Assembly: GCA_963815215.1 (NCBI GenBank)
Contig: CAWFFU010000003.1
Span: 640,001 to 704,000 of the forward strand
Source of the DNA: an uncultured Trueperaceae bacterium
GTDB taxonomy: Bacteria; Deinococcota; Deinococci; Deinococcales; Trueperaceae
DNA: 64,000 nucleotides
Direction of reading: 5' to 3'
The position numbers were made by a program, and so were the translations under genes. The notes below the pieces were generated by a model. That model ran no database searches. It worked only from the letters and a program-made list of their open reading frames with translations, and had not been told where the DNA came from. Of the stretch, positions 49,316 to 57,979 are shown piece by piece; the first letter of the stretch is position 1, and each line of letters starts with the position of its first letter.

Positions 49316-50347
49316 GTGACCCAGAGGGGGAGCTCCCGCGCTCGTAGGATCCGGATCGTCGATGTCGCCCGGGCCGCCGGGGTGTCGGTGGCGACGGTGT
49401 CGAGGGTGCTGAACGGCGCCGAGACGGTGGCGCCCGAGTTGCGGGATCGCGTGGTGTCGGCCTCCCGCGAGCTGGGGTACCGGCCCAATCCCCATGCCCG
49501 CGCGCTCCACACCGGTCGCTCGCACGCCATCGGCGTTGCCGCCACCTACGTCGGCGGCTTCTTCGCCGACCTGTTCGATGGGCTCGAATCGCGGCTGGCC
49601 GGAGCGGGGTACCGCCTGCTCGTGGCGGGCGGGAACGGTCAGCGGGCCGACGAGCGGAACACCCTGTTCGATCTCCTGAACCGACACGTCGACGGTCTGG
49701 TGGTCTTCCTCGAAGCCGTGGGCGACGCGGACCTGGCCGAGGTGGTCGGCCGTGGCACACCCACGCTGGTGTTGGGCCGCGTCGTGCCGGGGATCGAGGA
49801 CCGCTGCTTCGCCTGGGATCAGCGCGCCGGCGGCGCGCTGGCGACCCGCCATCTGCTCGCCATGGGGCACCGCCGTATCGGCCACCTGGCAGGACCCACC
49901 TCCAACCTCCACGCCCGCGAACGTCGGGAGGGATACGTGCAGGCCATGCGCGAGGCCGGGATCGCCCTCGAGCCCGGTTGGATCGCGGAGGGGGATTTCC
50001 AGGAGAACGGCGGGCGCGAGGCCATGCGAACGCTGCTCGCGCAGAGCGACCTCACCGCCGTCTTCGTGGCCAACGACCAGATGGCGCTCGGTGCCCTCAG
50101 CGCCCTGTGGGAGCGCGGGCTGCGTTGCCCGACAGACCTCTCGCTGATCGGGTTCGACGATCAGCGCGTCTCGTCGTTCACGACGCCGCCCCTCACCACC
50201 GTCCGGCAACCTCTGGAGGAGCTCGGCCGCATCGTGGCCGATCGTCTCCTCCTCGACATCCGCAGCGAGCAAGGAGCAGGTCGGCCCGACCTTCCGCCGC
50301 TCGCCCTCGTCAAGCGTGCCTCGGTCGAACGAAGGGAGGTGCCCTGA
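49316..50347 (+). CDS. LacI family transcriptional regulator
   Basis: HTH IVDVARAAGVSVATVSRVLN, hinge YRPNPHARAL, and ANDQMALG, GFDD, LTTVRQ. Confidence 0.95.
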   Translation: MTQRGSSRARRIRIVDVARAAGVSVATVSRVLNGAETVAPELRDRVVSASRELGYRPNPHARALHTGRSHAIGVAATYVGGFFADLFDGLESRLAGAGYRLLVAGGNGQRADERNTLFDLLNRHVDGLVVFLEAVGDADLAEVVGRGTPTLVLGRVVPGIEDRCFAWDQRAGGALATRHLLAMGHRRIGHLAGPTSNLHARERREGYVQAMREAGIALEPGWIAEGDFQENGGREAMRTLLAQSDLTAVFVANDQMALGALSALWERGLRCPTDLSLIGFDDQRVSSFTTPPLTTVRQPLEELGRIVADRLLLDIRSEQGAGRPDLPPLALVKRASVERREVP

Positions 50348-50409
50348 GAACGGAAGTCCAGACCGACCCGCCTCGCAAGCCTACCTAGACCAAGGAGGAG
50401 AACGCCACT

Positions 50410-52122
50410 ATGGCGAAACGGAATCCGATCGCGAGGATCCTCACAGCGCTCGCGGCTCTGGCCCTGGTGCTGGCCGGCTCCACCGCCGTCGCCCAGTCGT
50501 TGCCGCGCAATCAGACGCTCTACATCGGCGGACACCAATGGGGCCCGCCCACGAACTTCAACCCGCTGTCGTCCAGCCCGGCCTGGCCCACAGGCGGGAA
50601 CGGGCAGATGGGCATCAACGGGGCCGGCTACATCTTCGAGACGCTGTTCACGTCCAACATCGTCGACGGCTCCTACGCTCCGGCGCTCGGCAAGGACATG
50701 GCCTGGACCACACCGACCCAGCTCACCGTCCACATGCAGCCCGGCACGATGTGGCAGGACGGCAAGCCCTTGACGTCGGCCGACGTCAAGTTCACGTTCG
50801 AGCTCGGCAAGAAGTTCTCGGTCAGCACCACCGGGGTGTGGGACTACCTGTCCTCGGTCGACACCCCTGACGCCCAGACCGTGGTGTTCAACCTCAATCC
50901 CGCCCGGCCCAATCCCGGCGTGGTGGAACGCTACGTCGATACCGTCTACATCCTGCCGCAACACATCTGGCAGGCCGTGGCCGACCAGGGCCAGTCCGCC
51001 CTGCTCCAGTTCGAGAACTTCGACCCCGTCGGGTCGGGCTCGTACACCGTGATGAGATACAACGCCGAGCAGATCGTGCTCCAGCGCTTCGACAACTACT
51101 GGGGCAAGAGCCTGTACGGCATGCCGGCGCCCAAGTATGTGGTGCACCCGATCTTCAAGAGCAACGATGCCGGCAACCTGGCGCTGCAGCAGGGCCAGCT
51201 CGATTGGTCCCAGCAGTTCGTGCCGAACGTGTGGACCATGAAGAACGTCGGCACCTGGTTGAGCAAGGAGCCCTACTACATCCCGGGTTCCATCCCGATG
51301 ATGCTGGTCAACGTGCAGCGCAAGGGGCTCGACAACGTGCTGGTGCGCCGTGCGCTCGCCTACTCCATCAACTACCCGCTCATCGCACAGACGGCCATGT
51401 CACGCTACTCCGAGCCGGCCAAGTCGAGCCTGATCATCCCGTCGGGCGTCGAGTCCCAGTACTTCGACGCGCAGAACGTCGACCAGTACGGCTGGACGTA
51501 CGATCCGGCCAAGGCCAAGGACATCCTCGAGAACCAGCTCCATGCCACCAAGGGCTCCGACGGCATCTACGTGCTGCCCGACGGTACCAAGCTCAGCTTC
51601 GTTGCGCAGACGCCGTACGGGTGGACCGACTGGATGGCCGCGCTGCAGGTGGTGTCGCAGAGCGCCAAGGCCGTCGGTATCAACGTGACGACCAACTTCC
51701 CGCAGGCCCCGGTCGACATCAACGATGTACAGACTGGCAACTTCGACCTGGCGCTGTTCTACATCTCGGGGGTCGGTCCGGACGCTCCGTGGGCGCGCTT
51801 CCGCGACATGATGGACGACCGCAGTGTGCCGGCCGTGGGCCAGAACGCGTTCTGGGACTACAACCGCTACAGCAACCCTGACGTGCCGGCGCTGCTCGAC
51901 AAGGCCGGCGCCGCGACGACGATCGCCGACAAGAAGGCGGCCTACGCCGAACTCGACAAGATCTTCATGCGGGACGTTCCGGGCATCCCCCTGATGTACC
52001 GCCCGCTGCTGTTCTACGAGTTCAACACCTCGGTCTGGACCAACTTCCCCACGGCCGAGAACCCGCAAGGCACGTCGCCCCAGTGGTACATCGACGTGCT
52101 CCGTGACGTGAAGCTGAAGTAA
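50410..52122 (+). CDS. Family 5 (OppA-like) ABC substrate-binding protein, oligosaccharide-binding type
   Basis: Sec signal peptide (AVA|QS), LPRNQTLYIGGHQWGPPTNFNP, WQDGKPLTSADVKFTF and PYGWTDW, resembling Thermotoga beta-glucoside-binding proteins. Confidence 0.9.
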   Translation: MAKRNPIARILTALAALALVLAGSTAVAQSLPRNQTLYIGGHQWGPPTNFNPLSSSPAWPTGGNGQMGINGAGYIFETLFTSNIVDGSYAPALGKDMAWTTPTQLTVHMQPGTMWQDGKPLTSADVKFTFELGKKFSVSTTGVWDYLSSVDTPDAQTVVFNLNPARPNPGVVERYVDTVYILPQHIWQAVADQGQSALLQFENFDPVGSGSYTVMRYNAEQIVLQRFDNYWGKSLYGMPAPKYVVHPIFKSNDAGNLALQQGQLDWSQQFVPNVWTMKNVGTWLSKEPYYIPGSIPMMLVNVQRKGLDNVLVRRALAYSINYPLIAQTAMSRYSEPAKSSLIIPSGVESQYFDAQNVDQYGWTYDPAKAKDILENQLHATKGSDGIYVLPDGTKLSFVAQTPYGWTDWMAALQVVSQSAKAVGINVTTNFPQAPVDINDVQTGNFDLALFYISGVGPDAPWARFRDMMDDRSVPAVGQNAFWDYNRYSNPDVPALLDKAGAATTIADKKAAYAELDKIFMRDVPGIPLMYRPLLFYEFNTSVWTNFPTAENPQGTSPQWYIDVLRDVKLK

Positions 52123-52132
52123 GCGTACCGCC

Positions 52133-52167
52133 GCGGAGGAGGGGGGCCCATTCCCCCCCTCCTCCGC
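52133..52167 (+). terminator. Intra-operon hairpin after the SBP gene (partial terminator or mRNA stabiliser)
   Basis: GCGGAGGAGGGGGG-loop-CCCCCCTCCTCCGC. Confidence 0.6.
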
Positions 52168-52184
52168 CGCCTGGAAAGGGTCCG

Positions 52185-53198
52185 ATGTCCCCCACCTTCC
52201 GGAGGTACATCCTCACCAAGCTCGGCTGGTACCTCATCGCGCTGGCGGCGGCCGTCAGCCTCAACTTCTTCCTGCCGCGCCTGGTGCCGGGCAACCCCGT
52301 GGATCTGATCGTCGCCCACTTCCTGCAGGGCGGTGGCGGCGGCGCATCGGCGAGCAAGACCTATCAAGCCTTCATCACGCAGTTCCACCTCGACGAACCC
52401 CTCTTCGGACAGTTCATCACCTATCTCGGAAACATCGTGCACGGTGATCTCGGACAGTCGTTCTCGCTGTTCCCCGCCCGCGTCACGACCCTCATCGGCC
52501 AGGCCGTCCCGTGGACCATCGCGCTCCAGCTCCCCGCCATCCTGCTCGGGTGGCTCCTCGGGAACGTGCTCGGCGCGCTCGCCGCGTACAAGCGCGGCGC
52601 GTTCGACCGCAATCTGTTCGTCACCGCCCTGGCGCTCTCGAGCATCCCCTACTACGCGCTGGCCATCGTGCTCCTCTATGTGTTCGCCGTCGCTATCCCG
52701 GTGTTCCCGTCGGCAGGCGGCTATTCCTTCGGCACCATGCCGGATCTGTCCTGGTCGTTCTTCGTCGACGCCCTCGGCCACTACCTGCTGCCGTTCCTGT
52801 CGCTTCTGGTCATCGCCATCGGCGGACAGGCGGTGGGCATGCGCTCGATGGCGATCTACGAGCTCGGCAGCGATTACGTCAACTATGCCAACTCGCTCGG
52901 GGTCAGCGATCGGCGCGTGCTCGGCTACGTGTTCCGCAACGCCATGCTGCCGCAGATCACCGGGCTGGCGCTGTCGATCGGCACGCTCGTCGGCGGCGCC
53001 CTCATCACCGAGATCGTGTTCTCCTATCCCGGCATCGGCACACTGCTGTTCAACGCCATCAACGCCAACGACTACCCCCTGATCCAAGGGGTGACGCTCA
53101 TCATCATCGTGGCGGTGCTGCTCGCCAACTTCCTGGTCGATCTCGCGTACGGCGCGATCGACCCGCGCATCCGCGCGGCCCGCAGCGGGGAGCGCTGA
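52185..53198 (+). CDS. ABC permease (OppB/DppB-like)
   Basis: NFFLPRLVPGNP, GDLGQSF, EAA-like loop, TEIVFSYPGIG and DPRIR. Confidence 0.93.
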   Translation: MSPTFRRYILTKLGWYLIALAAAVSLNFFLPRLVPGNPVDLIVAHFLQGGGGGASASKTYQAFITQFHLDEPLFGQFITYLGNIVHGDLGQSFSLFPARVTTLIGQAVPWTIALQLPAILLGWLLGNVLGALAAYKRGAFDRNLFVTALALSSIPYYALAIVLLYVFAVAIPVFPSAGGYSFGTMPDLSWSFFVDALGHYLLPFLSLLVIAIGGQAVGMRSMAIYELGSDYVNYANSLGVSDRRVLGYVFRNAMLPQITGLALSIGTLVGGALITEIVFSYPGIGTLLFNAINANDYPLIQGVTLIIIVAVLLANFLVDLAYGAIDPRIRAARSGER

Positions 53199-53200
53199 GC

Positions 53201-54064
53201 ATGCTGATGCGCGCGCGCTTCCTGCGGACCGCCCTGCGCTCCAGCCGCTTCAACACCAGTCTGATCCTGGTGTTGCTGGTGCTGGGGTTCGCCATCCTCG
53301 GGCCCATCCTGGTAGGGCACGACCCCAACACCGTGGTCGGGGGCGTCAACGACGCTCCGACAGCGCATCCGCCGCTCGGCACCGACAACTTCGGTCGCGA
53401 CGAGCTCACGCTGCTGATGTACGGCACCCGGAACTCCCTCGAGATCGGCGCCATCGCCGGTCTGGTAGCGGTATTCCTCGGCGTCCTGGTGGGTACCGTG
53501 GCCGGGTTCTACGGCGGCATGGTCGAGGAGGCCCTGATGGGCGTCACCAACGTGCTCATCACCATCCCTGCCATCGTGGTGCTGATCCTTCTGTCGATCG
53601 CGCTGGGGTCACGCTCCGCCCTGACCATGGGGTTGATCATCGGCGTCACGTCCTGGCCGTGGACGGCCCGCGCCGTCGCGGCCCAGACCAGCAGCCTGCG
53701 GACCCGTGAGCACATCGACATCGCCCGGCTCTCCGGCGCGGGCGGCTTCAGCATCATCGTTCGCGACGTGATCCCCTACATCCTGTCCTACGTGGGGATG
53801 GCGTTCACGCTGCAGCTCGCCACCGCCGTGCTGACCGAAGCGGCGCTGAGCCTGCTCGGGCTGGGACCGACGAGCACCATCTCGCTGGGGATCTTGCTGC
53901 AATGGTCGCTGCTGTGGGAAGCGGTCCGCCAGGGAGTGTGGTGGACGTTCATCCCACCCACCTTCTTCCTCTCCGTCGTCTCCTTCGGGCTGCTGCTGCT
54001 GAACTCCAGCCTCGACGAGATCTACAACCCACGTCTTCAGGGAGGGGGTGGAAACTGTGACTGA
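53201..54064 (+). CDS. ABC permease (OppC/DppC-like)
   Basis: PLGTDNFGRD, WPWTAR, EAALSLLGLG and NPRL. Confidence 0.93.
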   Translation: MLMRARFLRTALRSSRFNTSLILVLLVLGFAILGPILVGHDPNTVVGGVNDAPTAHPPLGTDNFGRDELTLLMYGTRNSLEIGAIAGLVAVFLGVLVGTVAGFYGGMVEEALMGVTNVLITIPAIVVLILLSIALGSRSALTMGLIIGVTSWPWTARAVAAQTSSLRTREHIDIARLSGAGGFSIIVRDVIPYILSYVGMAFTLQLATAVLTEAALSLLGLGPTSTISLGILLQWSLLWEAVRQGVWWTFIPPTFFLSVVSFGLLLLNSSLDEIYNPRLQGGGGNCD

Positions 54065-55079
54065 CCTGCTGGTGGCCGAGGACCTCCAAGCCTACTACCG
54101 CTACGGGATGAGCGGCTGGATCCGCGCCGTCGACGGCGTCTCGCTCCACCTGCGCGAGGGCGAGATCCTGGGCGTGGCCGGCGAGTCCGGCTGCGGCAAG
54201 TCGACGCTCGCCATGGTGCTGGCATCGATCGCGCGCTGGCCCCTGTGCGTGCGCGGCGGTCGGTTGCTGATCGACGGTCACGAGGTACCGCTGCGTGTCG
54301 GCGAAGGCGATGCCGGCCACCGCGGCACGATGGTCTCGATGATGCCGCAAGGCGCCATGAACTCGCTCAATCCCACCCAGCGCGTGCGCGACTTCGTGTT
54401 CGACGTGCTGCGTTCACACGATCCGACCGTGACGCGGCAGGCGGCGGTCCAGCGCGCCCGCGAGCGTCTGGAGAAGCTCCAGCTGCCCGAACGCGTGCTC
54501 GACGCCTACCCCCACCAGCTCTCCGGTGGCATGAAGCAGCGCGTGGTGGCGGTCATCTCCACGCTGCTCAACCCACGCGTGCTGATCGCCGACGAACCCA
54601 CCTCGGCGCTCGACGTCAGCGCCCAGCGGGCCCTGCTCGCGCTGCTGGCACAACTCCTGGTCGAGGGTATCATCGGCGGGATCATCCTCGTCACCCACGA
54701 GCTTCCGATCCTGCGCAACGTCGCCAGCCGTACCATGATCATGTACGCCGGCCAGGTCTCGGAGACGGGTCCGACCGAGCAGGTGATCTTCGAGCCGGCC
54801 CACCCCTACACCCGGGCCCTGATGGACGCCACGCTGGTGCTCGAGTCGGCCACCAAGCGTCAGCGCATCGAGGGGCTTGAGGGATCGCCTCCGGACCTGT
54901 CGCGGCCGCCGGAGGGCTGCCGCTTCCATCCCCGTTGCCCGCACGCCAGCGAGACCTGCGCGGAAACCTTCCCGCCGACGTTGCACCCCGGCACGGATCA
55001 CACGGTGGCGTGCTGGTGGCTGGCCGATCGGCTCGAACCCTCGCGGCCCGGGAGCAGCGTCACGGCGGTGGAGCCATGA
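54048..55079 (+). CDS. ABC ATP-binding protein (OppD/DppD-like)
   Basis: GESGCGKST, YPHQLSGGMKQR, IADEPT, HPYT and C-terminal CRFHPRC...C...C. Start may instead be GTG 54057. Confidence 0.94.
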   Translation: METVTDLLVAEDLQAYYRYGMSGWIRAVDGVSLHLREGEILGVAGESGCGKSTLAMVLASIARWPLCVRGGRLLIDGHEVPLRVGEGDAGHRGTMVSMMPQGAMNSLNPTQRVRDFVFDVLRSHDPTVTRQAAVQRARERLEKLQLPERVLDAYPHQLSGGMKQRVVAVISTLLNPRVLIADEPTSALDVSAQRALLALLAQLLVEGIIGGIILVTHELPILRNVASRTMIMYAGQVSETGPTEQVIFEPAHPYTRALMDATLVLESATKRQRIEGLEGSPPDLSRPPEGCRFHPRCPHASETCAETFPPTLHPGTDHTVACWWLADRLEPSRPGSSVTAVEP

Positions 55080-55921
55080 CCGACCCCGGACCCACGACCG
55101 GTGCGGGCGAGGCCCCGGTGCTCCGCTGCGTGGACCTGAGCCGCGTCTTCGGCCAGGGCAAGCACGCCGTACGCGCGGTGGACGATGTGACGCTCGAGCT
55201 CCGGCGAGGCGAGATCGCCTCCGTAGTGGGAGAATCCGGGAGCGGCAAGTCCACCCTGGCACGCCTGGTGCTGAGGCTCCTCGAACCCAGCGCCGGTCGC
55301 CTGTACTTCCGCGGCGAGGATGTGACCCGGCTGCGCGGCTTCGCCCGCCGCAAAGCGTACTGGAAGAACGTGCAGGCGGTCTTCCAGGACCCGTTCGGCT
55401 CCTTCAACCAGTTCTTCCCGGTGCGTTCGGTGCTGCGCAGCGCCCTCCGCCTCGAGAGCCACCTCTCGGCCGCCGAGCGCGACCGGCGCATGTGGGCGGC
55501 GCTCGAGAGCGTCGGGCTCGAGCCCGGCAGCGTGCTCGACCAGCTACCCCACGAGCTCTCCGGCGGCCAGCGGCAGCGGGTGATGATCGCCCGGGCGGTG
55601 ATGGTCCAACCCGAGCTGCTCATCGCCGACGAGCCCACCACCATGATCGACGCGTCCTCGCGGGCGAACATCCTCAACGTGCTGCTCGACCTCAACCGCG
55701 ACCGGAAGCTCACCATCCTGTTCATCACGCACGACATCAGTCTTGCGACCTACGTCAGCGACACCCTCTTCATCATGCAGTCGGGCCAGTTGGTCGAGCG
55801 CGGCCCCGTCGAGCAGGTCACCCGCGCACCGGAGCACGACTACACGCGCCAGCTCTTCGCCGATACCTTCAGCCTTCACGGCGAGGCGTGGCGTCCGGCC
55901 CGCGCGGAGGGCGCGCCGTGA
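55076..55921 (+). CDS. ABC ATP-binding protein (OppF/DppF-like)
   Basis: GESGSGKST, VFQDP, PHELSGGQRQR and IADEPT. ATGA overlap with the previous gene. Confidence 0.93.
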   Translation: MTDPGPTTGAGEAPVLRCVDLSRVFGQGKHAVRAVDDVTLELRRGEIASVVGESGSGKSTLARLVLRLLEPSAGRLYFRGEDVTRLRGFARRKAYWKNVQAVFQDPFGSFNQFFPVRSVLRSALRLESHLSAAERDRRMWAALESVGLEPGSVLDQLPHELSGGQRQRVMIARAVMVQPELLIADEPTTMIDASSRANILNVLLDLNRDRKLTILFITHDISLATYVSDTLFIMQSGQLVERGPVEQVTRAPEHDYTRQLFADTFSLHGEAWRPARAEGAP

Positions 55922-57078
55922 GGTCCGCCGAGACGGGCGCGGGCAGCGCCCGACCCGCCCCGGAGGCCGCCGCGCGCTCTCCGCTGCAGGTCGGCATCGT
56001 GGGCTGCGGCAACATCAGCGCTCAGTACCTGGAGGCGTGCCAGCGCTTCCGGCTGCTTCGCGTCGAGGCGGTGGCCGACCTGGACGCCGACCTGGCCCGC
56101 AGCCGGGCGGATGCGTTCGGTGTTCCGCGCGCGCTCGAGCCCGAGGCGCTGATCGCGGACAGCGGCATCGAGCTGGTCGTGAACCTCACCGTGCCGAGCG
56201 CGCACGCCGCGGTGTCGCTGGCCGCGCTGCAGTCGGGCAAGGCGGTTTACAGCGAGAAGCCGCTGGCGACCACCCGCACCGATGGAGCACGCCTGCTGGC
56301 GGAGGCCTCAGAGCGCGGCCTGCGGCTCGGCGGCGCGCCCGACACCTTCCTCGGCGGCGCGCTGCAGACGGCCCGGAAGCTCATCGACGACGGCTGGATC
56401 GGACGACCCCTCGCCGCCACGGCCTTCGTGGTCAGTCACGGGATGGAGCACTGGCACCCGAATCCGGCCTTCTTCTACCAGCCCGGGGCCGGACCGCTGC
56501 TCGACGTGGGCGTGTACTACGTCACCGCACTGGTCACGCTCCTGGGCCCGGTGGCGCGGGTCGCGGCCGCGAGCGCCACGGGCTTCAGCGAGCGGGCCTT
56601 CCTGACCGGGCCCCATCGCGGCGCAACGTTCGAGGTGACCACCCCCACGCACGTCACGGCCCTGCTCGAACTCGCCGGCGGACCGGTCGCCACCCTGGTG
56701 GCGAGCTTCGACGTATGGGGCTCCGAGCTGCCCAGGTTGGAGATCTACGGCACCGAAGGGACGCTGGCGCTGCCGGACCCGAATCTCTTCGGCGGCGCCG
56801 TGCGGCTACGCCGGGCGGACGCCGAGACGTTCACCGAGGTTCCGCTCTCACACGGCTTCGCTCGGACCGGGCGCGGCCTGGGGGCGGCCGACCTGGCCCA
56901 CGCGCTGCGCTCGGGCCGCCCCCACCGCGCCAGCGCAGAGCTCGCCTACCATGTGCTCGACACCATGCAGGCCGCCCTCGAGAGCGCCGAACAGGGCCGG
57001 CGCATCGACGTCGAGAGCCGCTGCGAACGCCCGGCCCCCCTCCCCCTGGGCCTTCCCGAGGACGCACTCGACGACTGA
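55918..57078 (+). CDS. Gfo/Idh/MocA family oxidoreductase
   Basis: GCGNIS, EKPLA, APDTFLG, WHPNP.FFY and GPLLDVGVYY. GTGA overlap with the previous gene. Confidence 0.92.
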   Translation: MRSAETGAGSARPAPEAAARSPLQVGIVGCGNISAQYLEACQRFRLLRVEAVADLDADLARSRADAFGVPRALEPEALIADSGIELVVNLTVPSAHAAVSLAALQSGKAVYSEKPLATTRTDGARLLAEASERGLRLGGAPDTFLGGALQTARKLIDDGWIGRPLAATAFVVSHGMEHWHPNPAFFYQPGAGPLLDVGVYYVTALVTLLGPVARVAAASATGFSERAFLTGPHRGATFEVTTPTHVTALLELAGGPVATLVASFDVWGSELPRLEIYGTEGTLALPDPNLFGGAVRLRRADAETFTEVPLSHGFARTGRGLGAADLAHALRSGRPHRASAELAYHVLDTMQAALESAEQGRRIDVESRCERPAPLPLGLPEDALDD

Positions 57079-57111
57079 GGCGCACTCGGCTTCGAACGGA
57101 ACGAGGTCACC

Positions 57112-57882
57112 ATGGCACCGCCGCCCACCCCTCCCCTGGCTCTGCAGCTCTACTCCCTCCGCCGGCTCGGGCTCCCCTTCGGAACCCTCGTGCAACGCGC
57201 CGCGGAAGCCGGCTACGCCGGCGTGGAGACGGTCGGCACCCACGGGCTCGACGCCGAGGCCGCCGCCGCGGCGCTCTCCGAAGCGGACCTTGCGGTGTGC
57301 TCGAGCCACGTACCCTTGCAGGCGCTGGAGGAGGATCTGGGCGCCGTGTGCCGCTTCAACCGGACGCTCGGCAACGCCATCCTCGTGGTGCCGTGGCTCC
57401 CGCCCGACCTTCGCGGCACGACCGCCGCGAGCTGGCAGGGCCTGGGCCGACGCCTGGCCGAGATGGGCCGGCACTGCCGCGACGAGGGCATGAGGTTGCT
57501 GTACCACAACCACGATTTCGAGCTCGAGGCGGTCGAGGGACGCACGGGTCTGGCGTGGCTGCTAGACGCCGCGGCACCCGACGATCTCGGGCTCGAGCCC
57601 GACCTCGGCTGGATCCGACGTGCCGGCCACGACCCCGCCGCCCTGCTCGCGAGCCACCCCGGCCGTTGCCCACGTGTTCACCTCAAGGACCTGGCCCCGC
57701 CCGACCGCCGCGGCACCGAAGGCGGCTGGACCGACGTCGGCTACGGCACGATCGATTGGGGATCGGTGCTGCCGGCGTGCCGGCAGGCGGGGGCCGAGTG
57801 GTACGTCGTGGAGCACGACGAGCCCTCCGACCCCCTGGCGTCGGCGCGGCGGAGCGCCGACTACCTGCGCGCCCTGCCGTGA
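57112..57882 (+). CDS. Sugar phosphate isomerase/epimerase (IolE/XylA-like TIM barrel)
   Basis: LQLYSLR, YHNHDFE, EPDLGW, VHLKD, GYGTID and VVEHD. Confidence 0.92.
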   Translation: MAPPPTPPLALQLYSLRRLGLPFGTLVQRAAEAGYAGVETVGTHGLDAEAAAAALSEADLAVCSSHVPLQALEEDLGAVCRFNRTLGNAILVVPWLPPDLRGTTAASWQGLGRRLAEMGRHCRDEGMRLLYHNHDFELEAVEGRTGLAWLLDAAAPDDLGLEPDLGWIRRAGHDPAALLASHPGRCPRVHLKDLAPPDRRGTEGGWTDVGYGTIDWGSVLPACRQAGAEWYVVEHDEPSDPLASARRSADYLRALP

Positions 57883-57926
57883 GCGCCCTGCCATGAGTGC
57901 CCGGCCATGAGTGCCCTGCCATGAGC
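57871..57926 (+). repeat. Four tandem 14-bp repeats GCCC[TG]GCC[AG]TGAG[CT]
   Basis: Units are gccctgccgtgagc, gccctgccatgagt, gcccggccatgagt and gccctgccatgagc. Confidence 0.9.
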
Positions 57927-57979
57927 CGCCTCCGGCGACGGACCTCTCCGTCCCGCGACGCAAGGAAAGGAAACTTGCC

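Noticed and set aside
46730..50272. 1180-aa ORF suggesting a giant acylase fusion
   Set aside because: The N-terminal ~380 aa are the antisense shadow of the lacI gene. The real start is ATG 49123, with a GGAGG RBS and a signal/TM segment.
54877..57078. 733-aa ORF suggesting an extended oxidoreductase
   Set aside because: The upstream part is an Arg/Pro-rich alternate frame of the ABC ATPases. The Gfo/Idh/MocA domain begins after GTG 55918, which overlaps the ATPase stop.
57871..57926. Possible CRISPR or iteron array
   Set aside because: Units are only 14 bp and head-to-tail with no spacers, and no cas or rep gene is present.
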